Shown one piece after another: positions 39,901 through 51,900 of a stretch of 64,000 nucleotides of DNA; positions within the stretch are counted from its first letter, which is position 1; the number at the start of each line of letters is the position of its first letter. The translations under genes were made by a program, and so were the position numbers. Under the pieces are notes generated by a model, which ran no database searches, had not been told where the DNA came from, and worked only from the letters and a program-made list of their open reading frames with translations. Where the stretch lies: the NCBI GenBank assembly GCA_002633005.1, contig NMRA01000139.1:558001-622000 (forward strand). The letters run 5' to 3'. The stretch is from Phoronis australis. Its lineage: Eukaryota; Animalia; Phoronida.

Positions 39901-42900
39901 TAGATTGTTTCCTTAGATATGAAGCTCTTTCACCGAAGTGGCCAACTCAGTTGCCAAAAGTGTTAGTAACGCTTGTCGATTTTAAAGTTTGATTGTTGTC
40001 GAATATCAATCAAGGATTGTTGTTGTATTCACATCTGTGGATATGCTTAAACCGGGACCAGCAGCCTTTTAACCAAGCTATTTCGAGAAAAAGGAAAAAG
40101 CCGCCTCGATCAAACAATCACAAACGTCAAACCTCGATCGAGATGTCGCTCTTCTGTATCTTTGCTTCGTGCCTCAGGAAAAAAAATATCGCCGGTTCAG
40201 TTGTCGGTGTTAAGCGCGGAATTGCACTATTGATTTTAGTGATATTGCCTGCATGAAGTATACTGTATACAAGGAAGCACGTGTTTGAGAGTTGTAGAGT
40301 TCGAAGTAAGCTGAAGAATAGATGCGACAATAATTCGGAAGGCAAAGTGTCAACTTTAGAGACAATTTTCGTGTAATCTTTGATATCCAATGAAAATACC
40401 AGACTACGTTTTTTCGTCATCACTTGGAAGCAGGTCTCGGCGATCTGTGGTATTTCGGTCAATAGTGGAGTTGACCAGCAAGCCCATATTAAATGTTTCG
40501 CTGCAAAATATTGTTTCATGGTCAGTGTATCCTGGGGTTTATATCATGAAAATGACTTGACATCTAAGTCTGAGGTTTTGTCTTCACAATCACTGTATAA
40601 AGGTTTATCCATATTGTTAATAGCCTAGAAATGATTTCAATAAATCACCTCAGTTACTGCTAGTCTGTATATTCTCATAGGTTTTGTACTTTTACTGAAG
40701 GTGATTAAACCCCTTTAAATGCATGCTTGAGTGGAACTTAGAAGCATTTTTGACGTAAGTATTAAGTCACTTTTCAAAAGAAACGCCAGGCCTTCTGACT
40801 TCTTACTGCTCGTGCTGTGATGCACTCTCCAACGAGAGATGGGTCGGTTCAAATTATGTCGTCATGTCTTAAAGAGGAAGGCAACCTTTTTGCTTGTCAT
40901 TTTTAGTAAAAATACGGTTTGTTTATTATCCCAGACATATGCTACAGTTATTTACGACTCCCCGTAATTTTATTAATTAGTCTTGCACTACTCCGGAAGT
41001 GACGTTTAGGGGGTTAAGGATTTCCCGCCTTTTCGTTTCTAGTGCGTTCCAGTTACTGTGAGGATCTGTTCTACTGTTGTTTTTGTGCTGGTCTCCTAAA
41101 ATTGTCGTCACCACTTATGCCGACCTCAGTGGAATGCCTGTGCTGTTCCCACTGGATGGTGACCTGAGCACCCAAACCGCTTAGACACAGCCGTGTTACT
41201 CCGTCGTCAAACACCTGGTAATAGCTCCAATACTTTAATTAAGTCCACAATAAGCTTATCAAAGTTTGGCTCACCGGCCTGACCACTGGACGACGACCTG
41301 TCTCCCCACTGGGTGTCGAACTTGGCCTGTATTCCCTCCCTCTACTCAATATTGCTGCAGGGCTGCTTACAGACTCTGGGCTGGAGACAACACCAGCACA
41401 GGGCGAATCACTGGTAGTTCCCGGAATTGCACGCTCTGGTGTGCGTTCAGGGGCACTGGTGGCGGTAGATGAAGCGCCTCCAGTCACTGTAGAGGCCACA
41501 GCTCGCGAGGCTACTCGCTTCAAAAATGTACTTCTCGAGCGTGGCGACGGGACACTACCGGGAATAAACAGCGACAGTATGGCATCCTCCTTAAGGTGCT
41601 GTTTTGCAGGAACCTTCATCAATTCCGCGTAATCCAACGGCAGAAAATGCTTGCCATGCACTCGGTTATTCTCCACTGCTTTGTGCATTGCGTGGACGGT
41701 AACGCTGCGTTCTTCACACGAATGGACCAAGTACGGCGGAGCGTGTCAACTTTCGGAAAGCGGTGTAATGGCATACCCAAAATGACGATAACGCAGCAAC
41801 AGTGCAGCATGTTTACTGACTCGTAAACAAACACACACGACAACCGAACTTATCACAACCGAGGTAAAACAATGGCTGACTCGACATGTCACACAGTCAG
41901 ACTATATGAAAACAAAATGTTTGGAAATTCTTAACCCCTTAAAGTGTACACAACATGACTCTAGAACCTCAAAATAAATTTCATTATTATATCTTACTTG
42001 ATTTCAGTGCCTTTAGTGCGCAGCTCATAAAGAAACACGCAAAAATTGAAAAAATAATAATTATGTACAACGTCATGGGTTGAACCCAAGTCGTTCACCA
42101 TACTGTTCGGATCAGAGACAAAGTGTATAGAGTGAAGAGAAAGCAAAGTAAATTTAGCGTCGAGAAGGTTCGTAGAGGGATCAAAAAATGTGTTTCCGGA
42201 GACTGCAGGCTGAGAACGTCTCGGTGTTCCGAAGGACACCAAAGTTGCGCAGAAGTGGCATCGCTTCGTGCGCCGAACGAAAGTGTGGGACGTCATCGTG
42301 GAACAAGCGATTCGGTCCGGGGCCACTCTGTGTTCTGCCCACTTTGAGGACTCGTGTTTCGACTCCAGTCACAGGAGACGTTACGATGAAGGCCTGGTTC
42401 AATAAAGGACAATATTTATCATTCATAAACATCAGCTCTTAGTTCAGGATCGTCTGTTGGATGACTGGGTTGACTCGCCGAGCCCGAGGCCGGTTCACTC
42501 GCGGGAGGATCCCGTTCGTAAGGCTCAAAGTAGAAAAAGTACGCAGCCGGAAGCACATTAAACTTGTTCTCGCTTTCGTGCAACCCCATTTCGTCATCCT
42601 GGCCACCATTCCCGTACGTTTCTTCATAGTATTCGTTCAATTCTTGCTCATAATCGTCGTCGCTTTCAAATTCCCTGCTCTCCGCCATTGTTCAATGCCA
42701 GTCACTGATCTCTTGTCTTCAACCCATGACGTCACATGACGGGAAATGTGAAAATTGGCAAAATTAAAAGAAAAATCAAAATTTCGAGCTTATTACACAA
42801 AATAAACATGGGTTTAGCTAAATTTTACGTCATGCATTTAGTATGTGGCCACCGGTAATTCAAAATGTGCAAAAATCCATGGTGTGTACTGTTTAAACGT

Positions 42901-45900
42901 CACTTCCGAAGTAAGGCACGACTAATTAATAAAATTACAGGAAGCCGTTATTAACCGAAAAATTTGCCTGGGATAATAAACGAACCGTATTTGTACTAAA
43001 AATGACAAAAAGGGTTGCCTGTTCCTTTAACATGCGTTGCTTCATTCAGCTCAGCGCTACATGCAACGGCCGGAGTTTGTAAACGACCGAAACGAATCTG
43101 ACAACTTGTGAACTTTTTAAATGTTTGACTTTACCCGACCACAACTATCGTGATTTCAGCAAAATTATGCAAATTCAGGAGAAATGTAAAACTATTTTGA
43201 GCATACCAACACGTGTGTTTGCCTATAACATTTGGCTTGGGTAATTAGTTCTGGATTGCCTAATTCTTTGTCTAGGAATGATGTCAACGGCTTCTTCTCA
43301 GTCTGGACACTATAGGTCACCGTAGTATAGTTTTAGGGGGCGACACGTGCTTTTAATCTTATTCAAAGCAATAGGTGCAATAAACGTAGAATGTTGATGA
43401 AGGGTATAATTCAAATTTAGACACAGCCGTCGTGCTGTCATATCTGACTTGTTTAGACCGCATGACCGCAATGCTTAGGTCAAGCCCTTTGCAAACACGA
43501 CTATTGATTGTCGCCAGTGTTAGCAACATGACTGACGATAGATATTTGGATCTGATGGAGTCCAACTGACGCCTAAACAAACTGGCCCCTAGATCCAGAG
43601 TAATCAATTGGAGTATTAATTAGTAAAATAATCCATTGTGTAAGTCTCCAAATTGTGGGTGTCACTGTGAAAAAGAACTTAAGCGTATCACCTGCAGCGA
43701 CGGATGTCTACTGTCTAGGCCTACTCAATATCACTGAAGTTTCTAATTCTTATTAATTAACCATTCTATGCAGAAAGTTAGAGCGAGTCAGAAAATCGCG
43801 TGATACCTCCACAACTCAAACTTTCACCAAATGTATATTTAGCATGGTGCTAAAAACACCTTTCTTTACAGGCATATTTGTTCTTCCAAAGTCTTCTTGT
43901 ACTTTGTTTGAATTGAAGTTGGTTACAATGAAATTGCCTTCCACTGGCCTGGCAGTTGTTCCCACGCCTAGAAATCATTTCTATTTGAGTGACGAATACG
44001 GAGAGACTGTTGTTATTATAGTACATGATCTGAACTGAGTTATTTTGACATATAGCGTCGAGTTATTGCGCTTTAAGTATTTTAACACTGCTTGCTCACA
44101 TGCAACATTTACGTCGGTATTTACTACCCAACCGAAGGCTAGACATTGACCAGTACTGTTAGAAGGAAATTGTTCTGATGCCCAAAAAGAATACAAGGTC
44201 AGCACTGACCTGGGGTTGCCCATAGCAAACGGTAAAATCTCGTGCCCACGAGATTACGAGAGAAATGAATTCTAATGAACGTATTGCGTCATCGTTAAAA
44301 GCATCCTTCGGTGAACGAAGATCTCTATGGTCTACATATAGGCCCGGTTTCATAAAAATTATAGGCTGTATTACAAGAATGGCGTTTTTAACGTGTTGCA
44401 TTGGTACTGTTGAACAACGTGCCTGGTTTGAAGTGCCCTGCACTATTGCAACAAAATTGTGTGAATATGATGAACTGCTCTCAATTCTAACCAAGCATGT
44501 GCATCTCACAGTCAAAACGTTCATTGGACATTGGAGTTTTCTTAGCGCACGAAACTTTGACTGCACGTGATTGCCTTCTGCGCTCCTTAAAACATCTGAA
44601 TGGTTCACGATGGATGGCGACTTCCGGATTACAAACCAATCAGGAGTCAATTTCAAGAAAAGTGACTTATGAAAGTTTTAAGTCAGAGATTTGGTCTGGC
44701 GTTCCTAATTTAGAATTGCTGAATAAAGGTTTAACCATGTAATCATTAACAAATCACAATATAGACTGAATTTATATAAATTATCTCAGAAACTAGATGT
44801 AATGGGAATATTTTCAGAGAATTTTGCTTAAGGGAGATTTAATTATTTTTCAGAAATAGTTGTGTGGAGCGTAAGATCAATTTTCTGATTAAAGTACACG
44901 TATAGTCAGTTTTCATGAAACAGACCCCAGATATTGTAACCGGCTCACCCAGCGCAACCGGCCAAGTCAATCAAACGCAGCATTTGTACTCATCAAAATG
45001 CGCATTTGCTGAGCATTTGAGTCAATTCATGGCGAAATGGGAACATGCATGAAAGAATACGAATCGATGACTGCGTCCCCCATTATCTTCTTACGCTGTA
45101 ACTGCAACACACAAAATGTGTGCAAGCTTTCATCTTCCCGGTTGCGCGTTACAAACCTTAGTCCAATGACTGTTATTTGGCTTTTACCTGTTAAAGGAAG
45201 GACGTGAATCTGAGTGAGGACAGGCTATATCCGTTAATTCTCGTCGATACCGTTACTTGTGCAATCAATTAATCACCTGACGTTACATAACAACAAACAC
45301 AGACTGTTCATGTGTATTTCCAGCTACTAAACACGGGTCATCGAACCAATATACAGTGCTTAATCGATCCTTGTTCAAATGTTGGAATTAGACGTTCATG
45401 TAACTATATATCACAAGATGGGTTTTTATTTATGAATTTTTACATCTACATGTAAGTACGGTAACTATATATTCCAACACGTGTATTTTAGATAGGTTTT
45501 CACGTGAACTTGTAACCGCATGTGAACTGCCTTCATCCATGGAAGTCAAATAAAACGCAATTCCGTAATTTAAAAAAGCAGAACTTAATAACGGCCACAA
45601 ATGTGAACGGGTGCAAAACAGTAGGCAATTTAGAATTGAATTTCTCTCTGCCAGTCACCAATCAGACGTTGCATATTAAGTATAAACTTGATAGCTACTT
45701 GCTGAAAATCTAAATAATTTAATTTACATTTCAGGATGAGAGAAACCAAATTATGAAGACAAACGTATGGTTACGTATGGTAAGTTATTCACCATTTTAA
45801 TTTTACATTGGTTCTAAGTCGTTAATATTCTAATGTCAGTTTTAATTTTTCGTGTTTGGATTAGCGTGTACTGAGTTCCTGACGAACGTAATATTTGAAG

Positions 45901-48900
45901 TCGTCAAATATGTTCCTATTGCAGTAACGACGAAACCTTCCTGATTTTGGAAGGATATGACATAATCTGCCTTCCCTAGTGGCCATTTTTTATACTCTAG
46001 TCTGTTTTTGTCGTCGGTCTCTATCGGCCGAATTGCTCCTTATGAAATTTGCTGATGTTTTTATATTGGAAATGTCACGACCCATGCTGATTTTCGGGTG
46101 GGTCCGGCCGACTTGGTGCCCCAAGTGGCAGTTTTGTTTTTTCGTAACCAGCTTCATTGAAGGAGCTTCATAAAGTTTAGTTCATACGGTACAACATGTA
46201 TGTTACTGTCGAGGAGAGTTCGAGGGCTGCTGGTTTCGGGACGAGTTCAGTGACTCTGGTTTACCTCAGTGGCTAGGTTTTCTTTTCAAATGCCTCAACA
46301 TCTACGAAGTTGAGTGGTAGGCTTTCGTAATATTTAAAAACTTCTTTCTATGTAAGACAAGGTAAGATGACAGTTTTAGATGGATTCTATTATGCGCCTC
46401 GTCCTAGTGGCCAATTTAAAATGAAATTCGTGCCTTTTTGTCGTCATCATCCCTGTTCCGCAGACCACTTGTAGGATCATCACGAAGTCTGAAGGACGTG
46501 TTCGGAGTACGCTGACAGTAATTTTCGAACAGATTCTCTGTAACGTCCCCTAGTGGCCATTCAAGCTTCCTTTGGGGTTTACAAGTTATCGTTCAAGTGC
46601 TTTGACGGTACTATTGCAATGTATGTTCATGTTGTAACTGATTCTCGGACAGTTCTAATTACTGGGACACACCATAAATGAGCGCATTTTTATGTCTGCC
46701 AAGTTCCTACTAAGTTCCTGCCAAGTTCTTGGCTGGGTCCACATGAAGAGAGGGCACGAGTGCTGTTGCTTTTGTTTAAGTATTGTTGCTTTTTAGGCAG
46801 ATCTGACTATCTGGGTGCTCACTTTTGGCACTTCGTATTTTCTATGGCTATGCCTCAATACCTGTGCAATTATTTGACGATTCTTCAAGACATGTGACAT
46901 ATGAATATGTTTTGAGGAGCGTGCACGGGTGGTTTTGGTTTTTGTACTTATGTGAAAGCACTGTGTTGCCTCTTAGTGATAAATTGTGTTTGTTTCTTCG
47001 ATGGAATTTGATGTGCTCATAATGAGGAGGGGGCAACAAAACTGATGATGATTTTAAAATTGATCTGACTACCGTAGACGTATTTGAACGCTGTGTGTTC
47101 TTTATATTTATGGATTGCGATGCACAGGGCGGGCGTATATCTACACCAATCTGACGACCTGCTCGTGACAGTAACGTACAAAAAACATAAATTAAATAAG
47201 TCGAGTTTCTAAGTATTTCCGTTGATTGAAAACAAAGGTTAGCCGTGTTTTCTAAAATACTGTGGTGCAAAGCACATTAATTCGCTATCTCTAGAAACTC
47301 TTGACATGTCAAAACAAACTGGCAATGCTTTTTTTCAAATTACCCACTGTGTTTTGATTAACTTCCTGCATTTTTTGTTTAAGCGTTGAGATGAGGTACC
47401 ATTGCCAAACGCGTATGTATTATTCTGTTAAACGCACTTCTAAGAATAGCCAAACTGTTTCAGTTATACATGTAGATAGATTCCTACCTACTGTTCACGT
47501 GAGCGATGAAAGTGAAGTGCCGTTATTTCCGTCGTGCCTCCTGTTGCACTTCTCTCGCTGTTTTGGGCGAAGGATTGAAGGGGGTGAGGACGAAAAAGAA
47601 ACTCATCAAATTTAGGGACCTAGTCTTATTTCGATTAGTTAGTAATACCTGCCAACCACGTCCACATTAAATAATAAAACGGACGCCGTGACAGAAGTGG
47701 CGCCGGTGCAATCGTCTCAGAGACAAAACTCTCTCTGTTGGCGGTAAAATGTCCTTGCCCGGCACTAGCAGACTAGAAGTATCAGATTTATTGTGGTTCG
47801 TGATTGGTAGTTAAAAAGGCGTAATGGCGTAGAGTAACTTAGCAACGAAGGAAGACCTTCATGAATAGGCACAAAATAGTCACTCGTTATCCAACATGTA
47901 ACCAGTTGTGGATCCAGAATTTAGAGTTGGGGAGAGGGAGAGTATTACCCAGGATTTTGCCCGTCAGTTATTCGCACCCCCGAACTGCCAAATGGAATCT
48001 GGGAAAATTTTTGGAGGGCCATGACCCCTTGCCCCCCTAAATCAGCCACTGATAACGATAACACCTGGATAAGCTCATTTTATGTGTATACTGCGCTGGT
48101 GATAGTTCAAAGTCAACGTGCAGCACTGATGCAAACCTTTCCCAACAGACCGTACTCTTGTCTTGCTATTATACTGTTTATAGGGTGCTTGGAATAATTC
48201 ATTATAGACAGAATAATAACAAAGTAAACAAACGAACGATGTTTTATATACGGCTCCCAGCAGCCATTTTAAATGCGATAATATTGCAACACTTATCAGG
48301 ATAGTGAGCTCACGTGCCTTTTACAAATAAAGAAGTCAAAGGAGTCACAAACTTGATCATATTCCCGACCAACACAAAGCTGACTGGGCGTTGGGGATCG
48401 GGACGAGGCTTAGGCGCTAACCTCAGAAACGAACGATGATTTCAAAACCCCAAATTAATCTTATTCCGTGGCGTGCTTGCAGTCTGCAGGAGTAGCGCTG
48501 TCGTAGACCAAGAGATGTTAATGGTTGCGAATTCAGGGCATCTGGTGTTCTGAAATTCGTCATCAATATCTGTTTTCTGAGGGCAATCGCCTTTTTGCGG
48601 TGTCGTCTGCAGTCATTTTCTTTAGTCAATGTTTTGTTTATGTACAAACACGCGGTTGATTCATTTTCTATATCCGGCTGTCGCTGGTCTTACGGATTGC
48701 CTTTGATGTTTTGTTGCGATGATGCGTGCTGATACAGCGTAGCTCTTCTGTACACTGTGTGGATCAAGGTTGTTAGTTCTAAGGTCTTGGTTGCTTGTCC
48801 TGATGATGGTGTTTGAAACATCGAAACATGTTAAAAATGAAAAATCTCGTTGTTTCTATGAACAAAATTATGAAATTGTTTGAAATTGTTCTTGAAATGT

Positions 48901-51900
48901 AATAAGCCTGCTGGTTAAACCGCAAAACTGCTTCGCCAGTGATCGACCTAGAGAGCCACTGACAGGCACGACTGTAAAAGTGACAATAACATTGTTGACA
49001 ATCGCGTGAAAGGATAATGTATTTTGGATGATTAATTTTATTTACACGATTACCTTCTTGAGAATGGCCAAAGGTTGTTTGCATGTATTTTTCAGTGTCG
49101 GGGCCAAACCATAGAGCCTTGGTTGCCATAATTACTGTGCGTCAGTGCTAGAATTCTGTGCTGGCAATTGTTTTATCGTTCATTGCTAAATGAATTGTGG
49201 GGTTAATCGACTCAGCTGAGTTGAAAGCCATTTCTTCTATATAATCTTAGCAAAATAAAGAATTACAAAATATCGCGTTCGCCATGTAGCTGTGAAAGTC
49301 TCGCATTGATTGTCCAACTAATTATGGGAAAACATCAGCTGATAGAAGGCTGTCGACGAGTCATCATGGTTAAGCTGGTAAATTCTCGTCTCTCGAAAGC
49401 TGCTTTCAGCTGACCAACGCGTACTCGAGAGAACTGTCTGGCAAATTTCCAACGGCATTTTAATTAGATAGGCAATGTCAAGCTGTCTCGTGAAATCTGT
49501 ACATCTTTCCATGGATTCAATGATAAAGTTGCCTGTTTCATGTCTTTATCTTTCTAATTAAGAAACGCCATTGTCTCTAATGAATCTACGAAGTCAGTAC
49601 TTTGACATACACACTGAGAGACTGGTGAGAATTTGGCTAGGTTTGGACACGAGACAGCGACCCCTATGTAAAAACATAAATCCCCATTTAATAATATGCA
49701 CTACATGCTACACTCCTGAAGAAAATTGTTTCAGAAATTTAATTGATGTGAGGAATTCCAATGGATTGGTTCCAAAGGAAAAAGTGTTGCCTGACATTGT
49801 CGGGAGAACTATTCCACTAATGTTTTCCATTTCAATATCACACTTACCCTGTCATAGTGCAGTACATTGCAACTGGAAATTAAACAACAAGGAGGTCTAC
49901 TATGTGTGATCAAACATGGACTGTTAAAGCAGCTATAACCCCGCCGTGTGTCAATTTGTGATTCATCCAACTTACGGTTACGATGTAGGTCTCAACATGT
50001 TCTTGACCTAACACAAAACACAATTTCTGGGCTATTGCTTCAGAACAAGATGGACAAGTTGACATGTCACGGCAGCTGGTGATTTTATGCACCCAGCACG
50101 GTGTCATGTAACATTTCTCATCAAAGCATTGATAAATTCAAGGCTATAGTTTTATAGGTGTAAGTGAGCAAAATCAAAAGTTCATCTTATTGCGACAAAG
50201 CTAGCTTTTGGCTGCTTTAAGAGTAACAAACGAAAGAGAGTGACAGCCAGCTGTATTCAGTATTAAATCTTTTCAGCTATGGACAGATTACCAGCTAAAA
50301 TGGGACCCTAATGAGTACGGAGGTATTACAGTCGTGCGGGTCAAACCCGAAGAAGTATGGACACCGGATATAGTACTCTTCAACAAGTAAGTTAAAGTTT
50401 ATGCTCTGTAAACATTTTATTGTTAATTATTTATGGCGACTGTATTGACTGGCAAGCATTAGCATCTTCACTGGTTTATAGAATTGTTATACAAAATTAC
50501 GTAAATCTCTTGGCAAAAATTAGATGTTCTTCGAGGAAACTGGAGCTCCCAATGTTTAGGACGTTTCTGGTAGTACCTTGTAACGTCCGTTAATTGTTCA
50601 GCAAATAGTTTCAAAACACATGTTGTTGGAGCTGGACAATGATTTGTGACCTTAACTTGGCCTCTTTTGTACACTGGAATATAACTCCTTCCTTGTTCTG
50701 CAGATATTTTGTTTAACCAGGCAAAGCACTTGCTTTGACGCCAAACGGATCCGAACTTGAATTTTTCAATCAGAACACAGTGTCCTAAATGGATCATTAT
50801 GGGATTGGGCATGCTTCACAAGTTTGAAACAATAAAGAAACTGCCTATTAAGTCCTAGCAGAACATGGCGTCTAGTCATATCATCTGCTAAATGATTTGA
50901 AGAGTACTTCCAACGCAGATTACATAGCCATGTTTTAAGTATTTGCATGGCACGAAGGCTGTTATTGACCGACTGACTATCATCCTTTTCAGTGCCGATG
51001 GTAACTATGAAGTAACGTACAAGTCAAATGTGCTGATATACAGTAATGGGGACTTGACTCAGATCCCACCTGCGATTTACAAAAGTTCGTGTACCATTGA
51101 CGTCAAGTATTTCCCGTTCGACGAACAGCAATGCCAAATGAAATTTGGTTCTTGGACATTTAATGGAGACCAACTAGATCTAGGATGGTATGAGAAACTA
51201 GAAAGGGTTGATTTGAAGAACTACTTTTTGAGTGGCACATGGGACGTAATTGATGTTCCAGCCAAGAGAAATCGTCGTCCTGCCGAGAAGGGAATTCCTG
51301 CGAAAACTGAGATCATATACACAGTTAAAATACGCCGGAAGACGTTATTTTACACGGTGAATTTGTTAACGCCGTGCGTATTGATATCCTTCCTTAGTGT
51401 ACTGACATTTTACTTACCGGCCGATGCGCAGGAAAAGATTACGTTGTGTATATCTATTTTACTTGCTCTGGTTGTGTTTCTGCTGCTGGTGTCCAAGTTA
51501 CTGCCGCCTACGTCAATAACAATACCGCTCATATCTAAATACTTATTTTTCACATTCATCATGAACATTGTGACTGTTATTGTGACCGTGGCGGTAATAA
51601 ATATTAACTACCGTTCACCTCGAACACATAAAATGCCCAAAGTTATTCGTTCCGTGTTCCTCAATTGGCTTCCAAGAATTCTGTTAATGAAGAGACCAGA
51701 TCATATGACAAAGTACTCAAAGTGGCGGAAACGAAAAATGGAGAAACTCTCAAAAGAGAACGGCAAGGGTCAGTCACATCATGGAATAGGAATTCCCAAC
51801 GACAAAACTGAGATTTTTGAACTATCTGATGTACGTCATCACGACTTAAGAACGGAGCATGATGATATTAATTCAAATGACAATCACAACAAGCTGTCAC

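Larger units (their letters stand above)
41943..42892. mobile_element. Nested Kolobok-like deletion derivative B (THAP remnant on +, acidic YFEP-motif ORF on -)
   Basis: TIRs AGTGTACACAACATG and CATGGTGTGTACTGT, flanked by TTAA at 41939-41942 and 42893-42896. Two convergent coding remnants inside. Confidence 0.7.
40873..43026. mobile_element. Outer Kolobok-like fold-back element (arms 40873-41005 and 42897-43026) carrying two nested elements
   Basis: TTAA on both sides (40869-40872, 43027-43030), purine-purine 5' terminus, and about 130-bp inverted arms (e.g. TGTCATTTTTAGTAAAAATACGGTT vs AACCGTATTTGTACTAAAAATGACA). The arms end in CGGAAGTGACGT and ACGTCACTTCCG. Confidence 0.8.

Noticed and set aside
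39426-50276. Mutually exclusive duplicates of exons 3 or 4, as seen in some insect nAChR genes
   Set aside because: No second copy of the loop D or loop A exon motifs was found by eye in these introns.
50943-50992. 5' part of the 363-aa ORF as the gene start
   Set aside because: Intronic read-in from a TTG codon. The real exon begins after the AG at 50992. The ORF tail after 51974 is also intronic.
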